From Mytilus californianus (taxonomy: Eukaryota), in contig NW_026262637.1 of the NCBI RefSeq assembly GCF_021869535.1, forward strand, positions 16,864,001-16,928,000: DNA of 64,000 nucleotides. The letters are read 5' to 3'. The notes under the pieces were generated by a model. The model was given only the letters and a program-made list of their open reading frames with translations, was not told the origin of the DNA and did no database searches. Positions 11,432-21,700 of the stretch are shown one piece after another (positions within the stretch are counted from its first letter, which is position 1; each line of letters starts with the position of its first letter). A program made the translations under genes and the position numbers.

Positions 11432-11723
11432 CTTTTTACTTATGTCTCTGTCTATGTTCTGTCATCCACCAGCAGCAGTTATCTTTATATACACAAATTT
11501 CAGTGACAAGGAAATATACATACTGACCAATCGCTGACCATAATGTTTTATTATGACCTCAAAAACAACGTCACGGACATTGTCCTTGATGTGCGTAAAC
11601 TAATTAATCATCATTGTCAAAATATAGACACTATTTGTCAACATTTATTCTATATAAAGGCCAAACTTGACTATTCATATCAATTAGTCCTAATTTTGCT
11701 TAAAGTGACCACGGTTAAAAATG
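11432..11723. promoter_or_regulatory. Bidirectional promoter of A1/B1 with two outward-facing TATA boxes
   Basis: Minus-strand TATATAAAGA at 11491-11482 lies ~30 bp before A exon 1. Plus-strand TATATAAA at 11651-11658 lies ~25-30 bp before an Inr-like tcaatt (11680-11685) and B exon 1, which ends ATG|gtaagt. The same layout is kept in copy 2. TSS positions are inferred. Confidence 0.75.
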
Positions 11724-14700
11724 GTAAGTGAATATATTTCGTTATTCAAAATACAGTTATTTTAAAGAAAAAAATTGAATCTTTCAAAATTGTTGAATAA
11801 ATAATATTTCAAATCCAAAGTGTATAAAGTATGATAATTCATTCAAACATTTTTTGGTTCAAATTGGTCAAAAGTGTCTTATCATTTGTTTTTACAAAAT
11901 ATCGTAGTAAGAACTAATTATATTTATTTCAAACGTTCGGAATTTTAACAAAGTTTAATGTTAAATGCCCCATGGAATTATTTAGCAAACACAACTTTAA
12001 TGTATTAAAAAATTCAGCATATTAGAAATATTCAAAATATGTTTTTCAGTTCAAACTACTACTGACTTGTGCCATCATTGCTTATGTTTCGTGTGTACCT
12101 ATGAATGTATGTAATAACTACAAGTATTTGTATGACCAGTGTCTGCCACACAGGAACTGGATATGTGATAAACCAGCCGGTTATTCCCCTCTCGATATGT
12201 AAGTAGTTCCCATGAATATTACTTTGTTTTCATGATTCACCTAAGATCTGTTTATAAAACACGAATCTTCAACTTCTGTTATTCAGTTTTAATATATTTG
12301 AAATTTTTTGTTTGATTCACCGGATGGTATGAAGGTAAATAAATGCAAGGTATGAATAATTAATGCAAATAATAGCATACAAGATATAATTAAGGAATGA
12401 CTGCAATATTTTTTCTTTCTATGAAGAAATACCATAAAAAATGTGGTTCACACTGAATAACCCGCGTAGCGAGTTATTTAAAAGGGTGCACCGCATGTTT
12501 GAGGTTATTTCGAATAGACAGAAATAATATTACAGTCATTCCTTAATTATATCTTGTATATTATTCTTTGCATTAATTATTTCTATGAGCTGAATCGAAA
12601 TACTTTTGTCTTTAATGTGCTGAAAATGAAGGCAATTGTTTACGAAAATATTGTCAAGATTGAACTTATTAATTTTATTTTTGCATGGTAGCACTTTCTT
12701 TTAAAGTATAAAAATGTAAACATTACAAATTTTAAAGAAGACTGACAGTATTTCAATTGAAATACAGAAACACCAATACTGATGTATACTGTTGTTAATC
12801 AATTGTTTTATAAAATTATATGTTTGTCTCTTTAATTTGTTCTCATTTTAAAGGCGTGGATTGAAACAAAAATTGTCAAAAAGTGATGGATCATTTATCC
12901 ACTATATCAAGTCATGCAGTGAGTGTTTAGGAGATCCAGCTCCATATGGGTAATTATCATTTAAACCTTATTGTATAACAAATAAACATATTCTAATATG
13001 TATGTATTAACATTAAAACCTTATTGCACAATATAGTTACACATAAGTCAACCGATGGGTAAAACTAATATTAATTAACAATAAATGTTATTTAGAGCAG
13101 ATTGGAATGATAATTAAACTGGGTGGATAGATTGATGTTAATGTTCAGTGGAGCATATTACATGCATATCAGAACGAAAACATGAAAGTTAAGAATTTTA
13201 ACAAAATGATTTTTCATCTTTCCATCCAGCTGTAGAGTTTTATTTTTGATGAAAAGGTTTAATATTTTTCTCTGATGACAGTTACATAGATTATTAAGCC
13301 CACCTTAGAAGTGTCTGCATTAGAATGTGGAAGTCTAGAAATTCGAGATTAGTTGTTTCGTTGTTGTGCCCATAACATGATACCCCTTTATCCCATTTCA
13401 ATTAAATTGAAAATTATGTTAAACGGTAGAACAAATTATTTTCTGTCATTCATCTTCAGTTAAGGGATCTATCGTCATCTTTGATCGTGAAATAGAAGAA
13501 AACATATTCCGTCTAGATGTATAATACAATGAGCACATTTCGAGGCAGGCATGCAACTCATTTTTAAGACTTCATTTAAATGAAAAACATTATTTGATTT
13601 TATCTTATTGTTTCAACTGTTTTTGCAAATACGGAATCTGTTTTGATTGATTAAAGAAAAAAAACTTAGCCTTACAAAGGAAGATATCTTAGATAATTTA
13701 ATTTTATGAAGGAATGTACAGTGACCGCATTTTTTCTTTTTCTTTTATTTTTGTAAGAACTGATAGAGATGTTAAAAATCAGTTAGCAATGGTTCTAAAT
13801 TATTTTTATTTCCATATATACTTATATTTCAGGGAAAAAATCGATTATGTAAAGAAACCAGTTTGTCGTGAAGTTAAGATACCAATTGAATATATAAACA
13901 AAACCGTGTATCATGAACTGACTGGAGTAGCAGAAGGCTATGAGGTGTGTCAGGTCATACTGAATGGACCCGACAGAAATGTACAGAAAATATACAGAAC
14001 CGATTGTTACAACGGGTAAGATGATCAACTGTATTTCATTTTTTTTGGTTTTAAAAGCTTCCTAATCATTTAACGTGAAACCCAAAAGCAATTAAGCAAT
14101 AGTGATCCTCTTTGATTGCAGATATAACACATCCTCACCTGAACTTCATCGCGCAATTTATTAATATCATAAAATTACAATCATCGATTGTTGCTTGCTT
14201 AACGCCAAGTGGTCAGTCAAATATCGTCAGCTAATCTTAGGACGGAGGTATTATGGTATATCGTTGTCCTATCGTCCGTCTGTCCGTCTGTCTGGCGTAA
14301 ACATGGCGCACGCCGACTTTAGAATGCATTGAGCGATCTATTTCAAACTTTCACAAAATAATGAGAATGGTTATTTTTGGTGATTTTCACTTTTGTCAAT
14401 AGACAGTTATGGGACTTAAATCTTCAAAATATAAGCAATTTTGCACACCCACTGAATTACACGCTCCATTTGACAAGTTACGGTTACAATGCCGTTTATA
14501 ACGATTGATAAAGACATTCATATCATATTCTCCGTGTGCCCTCCGAACGCTCTTGCTTATATTTAATTATGTTGATGTATATTATTTCTTTTTTAGCATT
14601 CATCTTTTATTTTTTCCGTTAAAGTATTCCTATAAACATTGGAGTTGTATAATGAAAATTGACCAACCAAATTCCTGATAATCCTGCGGAAGTAAATACA

Positions 14701-15184
14701 TATTTTTTCATAAAATCAATTTCTGTTAGTTTTAGGTTTTTTGTAAGGATATACATTGTAACACCAAATCTTAAAAGAGAACTTTGTAAAAGGTTTTGTA
14801 CATGCAATCCTGCTTTTGAAAAAAAAATATTTATTCATTCGTTCATGTTTGTTGTCATCGTTTTGTTAATTGAAAGTTAACCTTTGATTTTTCAGAGATG
14901 AGAGAAAACAGAACAATTACTGTAGATTTGACTATGGGGTGTTCAAGCAATATTTTTGTAGACCAACAAACTTTGTGTACAGAACCATGCTTATTGACTG
15001 TCCATTGACGGGATTACAGTATTACAAAGAAAAGGTATCAACAGCATGTAGCTGTGTTAAAGTCAAATGTTTAACAGGAGAAATTCCAGGACCCGTCAAC
15101 AATCATGGGATCAGACAGGGACCCGCACACATCCAACAAAGTAGACAAAAAACAATAGTTAAAACAAAACCAGGCTTGTTTTGA
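11721..15184 (+). CDS. Gene B1: secreted Spaetzle/neurotrophin-like cystine-knot protein, 239 aa
   Basis: Exons are 11721-11723 (ATG), 12050-12198 (149), 12854-12949 (96), 13833-14015 (183) and 14896-15184 (289). Introns are GT-AG, phases 0,2,2,2, and the joined frame is open. Protein: MFKLLLTCAIIAYVSC|VPMNVCNNYKYLYDQCLPHRNWICDKPAGYSPLDMRGLKQKLSKSDGSFIHYIKSCSECLGDPAPYGEKIDYVKKPVCREVKIPIEYINKTVYHELTGVAEGYEVCQVILNGPDRNVQKIYRTDCYNGDERKQNNYCRFDYGVFKQYFCRPTNFVYRTMLIDCPLTGLQYYKEKVSTACSCVKVKCLTGEIPGPVNNHGIRQGPAHIQQSRQKTIVKTKPGLF. C94/C141/C153/C165/C195-x-C197 and the segment ILN..VQKI..DC match the Spaetzle pattern (IVN..Q.I.IEEC..C..C..P.CC.C). AATAAA at 15286-15291. Confidence 0.88.
12355..12580. 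mobile_element. Small MITE-like inverted-repeat element in B1 intron 2
   Basis: aataattaatgcaaa..tacaagatataattaaggaatgactg at the left end is mirrored by cagtcattccttaattatatcttgta..tttgcattaattatt at the right end. Only the left arm survives in B2 (~42146). Confidence 0.65.
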
Positions 15185-16199
15185 AAATCCGAAGCTTGTA
15201 TACCTGACTGTGATATTTATGTTTTACAATGTTTTGCTATGTGTATATTAGTTTTGTTTTGTTATTGTTACCGTATAAGTACCTAAATAAATTCGTCAAT
15301 TAAGCTATAATATTCATTTCATTATTTGAAGTCTCAAACGTAGATATAATAAATTTTATCACAATAGAAAAGCCCGGTCTCTTAAATTGTTTTTTTTATT
15401 CAGATATAGTTCGTTTATTTGTAGTTTTGCATTATTTACATCTATCCAAGGAACCTGTCCATTATCGCCTTCATGGTTCATAAACCGTTTTGAAATGTCT
15501 GTCGTTCAGACTCAATGTATTAACACTTATAAACAGGACATGAACAGCTTTCAAAAATAAACTAAACACATACCGTATAGAAAGCTTTACATATCCATGG
15601 GAATAAAAATGTGCAACAATTCAAATGGTAAAACCAAAGTCATGACTTACGTTAAAAGCAATAAACGAAAAAGAAAAAAGCAGACAACAACCAATGACAA
15701 CCACTGAAGTTCCAGTTCACTTTAACTCTGAACTCATAAGTTTCAAATGCCATCATTATATTACTTTCATGTTTTAACAAATAGGCAATGCAAAAATGTT
15801 TGAAAGACGTGGATATACTTCAATAATGTAACAACAAAGCGATTGAAAAAGAGATCAAAACATGTATTGAACAAAAATCTCTCCGACTTTCATGGAAGTG
15901 AATAAATTCAACAGAGAACATCAAACATCTGCCATTAGATTTCCGATATGACAAACACTCAAGATGAAACTAACGATGAGCTGATAGGATTCCGGATTTG
16001 GACAAGGCATTTAAATAGTTCATGTGGAAAGGTTAAAGTATTTTTTTCCAATCTAGATCAGTGAAACAACAAAAAAAGGACGTACCAAAAAACAAAACTG
16101 TTGACAAATCAATATGTATTGCCTTTAGGTTATTTTGATAGTATAAAATGGGACTAATACATTAAATGTACCTATTAGTCCAAGGTATAATGCAAATGT

Positions 16200-17330
16200 T
16201 GAAATTTAAGTAGCGATACTTATAAACTAATCCAAACATTCAACATTGTTCAAAGTTAATACACCATGACTGAATGTGCAGGGTCCTAAAACCTCCGTGG
16301 AAATGAGAAATGTTAATGCTTATACAATTGTATAATGCATAGCATTGACTTATTATAAGTGGTTCGTTTTAAACCAACCTTATCACAAAATTTTGCATGT
16401 AAACTATGCAAAATGTTCAAAGTCAAAAGACTGTGGGTGTGGGACTAAATAATCTCCATGGAAATGAAAAAGAGAGGCGAAAGATACCAAAGGGACATTC
16501 AAACTTATAAGTCGAAACCAAACTGACAATGTCATAGCAAAAAAAAAAAGAAAAACGACGAAAAGACAGTACAGTACACAAAACTCAACATAGAAACTAA
16601 AGACTGAGCAACACGAACTCCACCAAAACCTCAGGTGCTCTGAAAGGGTAAGCATATCCTGCTGTACATATAGCACCTATCGTGCTGCTCATGTTGTACG
16701 TAAAAAACCGTTGATCAGTCTAATTCGCTCGGTAAGTCACATTTAAGGAAAAGAGGACGGAATTGTGGTAATGACAATTAGAACTATTTGCCAATTCTTA
16801 TATAAATGCATACCAAATATGATGAACTTACCATTAGTTGTTCATCTTAAACTGACCTAATAACACACATTTAAATTCAATAGACTATGATTAAGGAGAT
16901 TGGGCCTTTTAACCTCCATTGACTCCATACTGAACATCATTGACCTTTGGCTACCACTAGTCATTCCCCTTAAACTGACCAAAACACAAACTTTAAAAAT
17001 GAAAACTAAGCAAACGTTTCAGAGTCAATATGCCACGACTGAGGGGGCAATGTCTCGCAAGCTGCGTGAAAATGAGATTTGATAATGATACTCCAACCAA
17101 GTATCATTGACTTACCACAATTAGTTTCCCTCAAACTGACCTAATCACACAATTTAAAATGTTAACAAAAAATTCAATAGACCATGACTGAGAGGGCATT
17201 TCCACATAATTTCCATGGGAATGAGATGTGCCAATGCTAATATAAAGGCATACCACATATCATTGACCTACCACTAGCGGTGCCCTCAAACCGACCTTAT
17301 CTCAAACTTTAAAATGATAATTAGGAAAAA
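16200..17330 (+). repeat. Degenerate tandem-repeat element (units with ccatgactga..ggaaatgagatgtgccaatgctaa..cattgac)
   Basis: Several diverged units here, with related units at 45830-46500. Probably the internal array of an old HINE. Boundaries are approximate. Confidence 0.55.
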
Positions 17331-17687
17331 AGTGTTAACGTCGATATGGGAAATCTGAATGTGTTAACTTTGGTGCTTTAACTAATTATAAAAGTCCGTA
17401 GCGTCAGGTGTGAAATGCTCAGATTTAATATTCTTAAGATACGTAAAAAGAAAAAACGCTACTGGTAACATAGATATATCACGGCATTTCTGAAATCAAT
17501 AGTTGATAGTTTTTATAGTCAATACGTTTACTAGGGAACTTCCCATCTGTTACACCTAATGGTTGATATTCTGTGTTTGAGATAAAAAAAACGTTTGATA
17601 ACTAAATATGGAATGGTACATGTGATTTGTGCTCTACTTCTAAACTTTATTTTTCATTCCTTGCCATAGTCTTCCTTTGGACTCCAT

Positions 17688-18170
17688 CCAAGTCACAATG
17701 TGTAAAAAGTAAACAATTATAGGTCAAAGTACGGTCTTCAACACGGAGCCTTGGCTCACACCGAGCAGCAAGCTATAAAGGGCTCCAAAAAAACTAGTGT
17801 AAAACAATTCAAACAGGAAAACCAACAGTCTAATCTATATAAAAAACGACAAAACGAGAAACACTTATGAACCACACAAAACAGACGACAACCACTGAAC
17901 AACAGGCTCCTGACTTAGGACAGTACATAAAAATGCAGCGGGTTTAAACACTTTAACAGGCGCCAACCCTCACCCTAACCTGAAACAGCGGTATAACATT
18001 ACAACACAAAAAGGCACACAACAAAATATCAATTGAAATGGCTTAACTCGATCAAAAAGACAATACACAAAAACAAGTAAATACACACTGAACGAATAAG
18101 TTTGATCTATGACACAATATGAATAAAAAAAATGTTTCAATGTCAAAAAGACAACTTTCACCTAGGACAA
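17688..18170 (+). repeat. Dispersed repeat family 2 (ccatccaagtcacaat..ataggtcaaagtacggtcttcaacacggagccttggctcacaccg)
   Basis: An inverted copy lies at about 18870-19258. Further minus-strand copies are at about 53366-53580 and 58612-59013, with a partial copy at 22855-22945. Confidence 0.8.
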
Positions 18171-18492
18171 AATGGCGTTAAATAAAGTAACGTACACAGG
18201 TAAATTTAAATATAACAATTTTGTTGTTAGGAGTAAATAAACATGTTTACAAAATAAATTTGTTATTCATAGTACGAGTGCAGAAGTGAAATTTTTTTTT
18301 GTCTTACTAAATACTTATCAAAGGTGGTACATATTAATAAATAGTAAGACGAGATATAACACAAAATAAGTAAACATTGAATAACAGAAATGCATTGCAA
18401 ATTGTGTCAACAGGCCAAATAACTCGAAAGTACGATAAATTTGAGAGTACTCGTAGATACTGAAAGCTAGTGTCAAGCCAAAAACAACTAAT

Positions 18493-18782
18493 AACAAGAA
18501 TATATCCATAGTACACGGATACCCCACTCGCACTATCATTTTTTGTATATTCAGTGGTCCGTGAAATTGGGGTAAGAACTCTATTTTGACATTAAAATAA
18601 GAAAGATCATATCATAAGGAACATGTGTACTAGGTTTCAAGTTGATTGGACTTAACTTCATCAAAAACTAACTTGACCAAAAACTTTAACCTGAAGCTGG
18701 GCAGACGGACGGACGAACGGACGAACGGACGCACAGACCGAGAAACATAATGCCCCGCTACTATCATAGGTGGGGCATAATA
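18493..18782 (+). mobile_element. Short CvA/pearl-like HINE with (GGAC/GAAC)n microsatellite
   Basis: Starts aacaag, contains gcagacggacggacgaacggacgaacggacg, and ends with the hairpin ttatgcccc-type tgccccgctactatcataggtggggcataa. Confidence 0.65.
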
Positions 18783-21700
18783 AGAAATCATGCATCAGAG
18801 ACTAAAATCAATTAAAACACATCCCAGGGAGGGATTAAGTGTTTTAAGCCATGGACAGTTAAAGAAGACATGACTTGTGCAATTTAAAGTGTTTCTTTCT
18901 ATGTTGTGATGTTACACTATTGTTTCAGATAAGGGTAAAGGTTTGGTACCATTAAAACGCCTATACCCGCTGCAATTGTTTGCACCTATCAGGAATCTGA
19001 TGTTCAGTGGTTGTCGTTTGTTGATGTGGTTCATAAGTGTTTCTCGTTTCTCGTTTTTTATATAGATTAGACCGTTGGTTTTCCCGTTTGAATGGTTTTA
19101 CACTAGTAATTTTTGGGGCCCTTTATAGCTTGCTGTTCGGTGTGAGCAAAGGCTCCGTGTTGAAGACCGTACTTCGACCTATAATGGTTTACTTTTATGA
19201 ATTTTGACTTGGATGGAGAGTTGTCTCATTGGCACTCATACCACATCTTCTTATATCTCATGACTTGTGCAATGCCAAAATAAAAGTAACGACAGGCAGT
19301 AGGATAGTTAGGATTTCACCTTTTAATAAATATGTATGATGTTATGTATAGATAAAACAATTTCTATATGAAAATAAACGTGGATGTGTATATACAATGT
19401 ATACATCCCAAAAAAAAAACATTCGAAAAGAATACAAATTTAGTTATGTTTTAATTTGTTGATGACAAAATCGATGTTAGTGCCAATGAAAACGATATTT
19501 AAAGATCGTATTACAACATTAATAAGATAACCTTTATTAATAAGTTTGTTTAAAGGTTCAATAAGTTTACACTGATCACACAGTGATTTCCGCGCTTTAA
19601 GTACAATATTACCGTAAAATTTAGGATGTCAAATACCATTTTTTAATAAGTTTTCTACTAGGGCAAAAATGCCACGCATGTGTCACGCATGTACCTAAAA
19701 ACGCATGTGTCACAGGTGTGTCACATGCGTAATACACATGTTTCTTGCCACGCATGGGAATCATGCGTGGTACACATGCGTTCACATGCGTAACACACGC
19801 ATGTGAATCGCATGTGTCAGAAAAACACCTGTGTCACGCATGTGTTGGAAAACGCATGTGACAAATGCGATATTGGCATGTGTAACACATGTATAGTCAA
19901 ACGCATATGTAACACAGGCAAATTTTGTTGACCTGAATTCAAGTTAATTTTTTAACATGAATTTTACGTTAAATTTTTCATGTGAAATTCACATGAAAAA
20001 AAAATTAATTGTGTCCAAGTTGAAAAAAATTAACATCAAAAATAAAACTTGTTTATTAACATCTAATACCTTGTAAGACATGTATTCCATTGAAAATCTT
20101 ATTTTACTTTTAAAAAATTTATTTTCACATGAAACCCCCCTTTTTTTGGATGATCAATGCATTTAAATGGGGACATATAATTGGAACCCCCTTTTATCCT
20201 GGGTTGGGACCCTCCCCCTTTTAAAAATGGCTGGATCAGCCCCTGATTATCCTTAATTGTCACCATAATAAATGGTATTTTATCCAATCAGCTTAGGAAA
20301 ATAATCGCAGGAAAAAAAGGCAAAGTAAATAAAGTTGCAATAATTGTCAGATATGGGTCCATGATCCTGAAAAAAAGTGAGATTAGACTTGTAAAAAGTC
20401 TCTCTCTCTCTCTCTGTCATTCTAAATATATATATATATATAATTCCTAAAGGCAGTAGGCCAGGGGAATCATCCCCCTTCCCCCATAAAATCTTCTTCT
20501 TATTTGAACAATTAAAAGTTTAATCTTTAAAAACATTTATTTTAATTAAGATTTTCATTGGTATTTCTTTTAATACATATACACAGGTAAAAGAAGTATG
20601 CGTTATTGGGAGAATTTGGTGTTAATGGCAGATCTTTTGATCTTCATCACTTTGAAAAAAAATGATTTAGAACTTGGAATATCTAGATGTGTTGTGTTGT
20701 GTTGTGTTGTGTTTTTGTTATTATTGTTATTGAATAACTTTCTCAAAGGTGTGTTACAATAACCTTACATCTCTTTTTATTCCTGTGTATCTGCCAACTA
20801 TCTTGGACAAAAGACAGACAGATACAAGTAGATATATTTAAGTTTTATGTGCTTCATACAGTTATGGAACTAAATTATACATTTACATATTTTAAGTAGG
20901 ATTTTCTTATTTGTAACCCTTGTGTTACAAAAATGACTGATTGTATGTAACATTGACATTGGACTGTACAAGGCTAAATTAAAAATTACCTTTTGGTAGT
21001 TCAAACAAACGTGACCAATTAACATTGTCAATACTTGATTGTTGACCATTCTGATTATCTGACCAAGTACAAAACTATGCTAACAAGATAATACACATGA
21101 GCATATAGAAAGTACTTGAAAAGTTTCAGAGTGTTTGAGGTAGTCTGTCTTTTCAATACGGCTCATAAGATAAAGGGGAAAGCAACACTTTTATCGTGTT
21201 TAAATCACGACAAACAATAGTCACTACATACTTCGTCCCTTATACAATGTACAGAATAATATATCATTATAACTTTATCATACATTTCTTCATCTTTGGT
21301 GTGGAATAAAAGCAAAGGACATAATTACCTGTTTATATTTTACTTGTGTTTCAAGCAAGCATTTGGTGGTTTGAGAGGGGTTTACTGTTATAAACTTACC
21401 ACCTCCACTTATAGTGGAAGCTAACAGAGACATTTGTTGGACTGAAATTGGATGTTTTAATTCACATGAGGAATAGACTTTTTAATTGCGTAGTTCTGTG
21501 ATTGAACAAGAAAAACTTTTAAATCTAGAAGTGTGACCTTTAGGTGGTGGGTAATATGTGTAAATATTCTACTTATATGATGCTGTACAGACTAATTCTA
21601 CGGTGTAGTGCGAATATATAATCGTAGGCCCGCACATGCAGAAGAAGTTTTATACATATTTTTAAACCTGTTGCTCTGATTACACAGATAATCTGTGGTG

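Larger units (their letters stand above)
7115..17300 (+). repeat. Segmental duplication unit 1 (paralogous to about 36890-46500)
   Basis: Colinear similarity starts at ~7115 (ttaggtagaac..ctgtctc vs 36892 ttaggcagaaagctctgtctc) and runs through both genes to the shared 3' flank (15446 tccaaggaacctgtccattatcgcc vs 45388). It probably extends over the tandem-repeat element at 16.2-17.3 kb / 45.8-46.5 kb. Ends are approximate. Confidence 0.8.

Noticed and set aside
11543-11731. 62-aa ORF MFYYDLKNN..KNGK, also open in copy 2 (41308-41496)
   Set aside because: It overlies the promoter, TATA box and B exon-1 donor. About 12 of 62 residues differ between copies, far more than in the true exons, so conservation is better explained by regulatory constraint.
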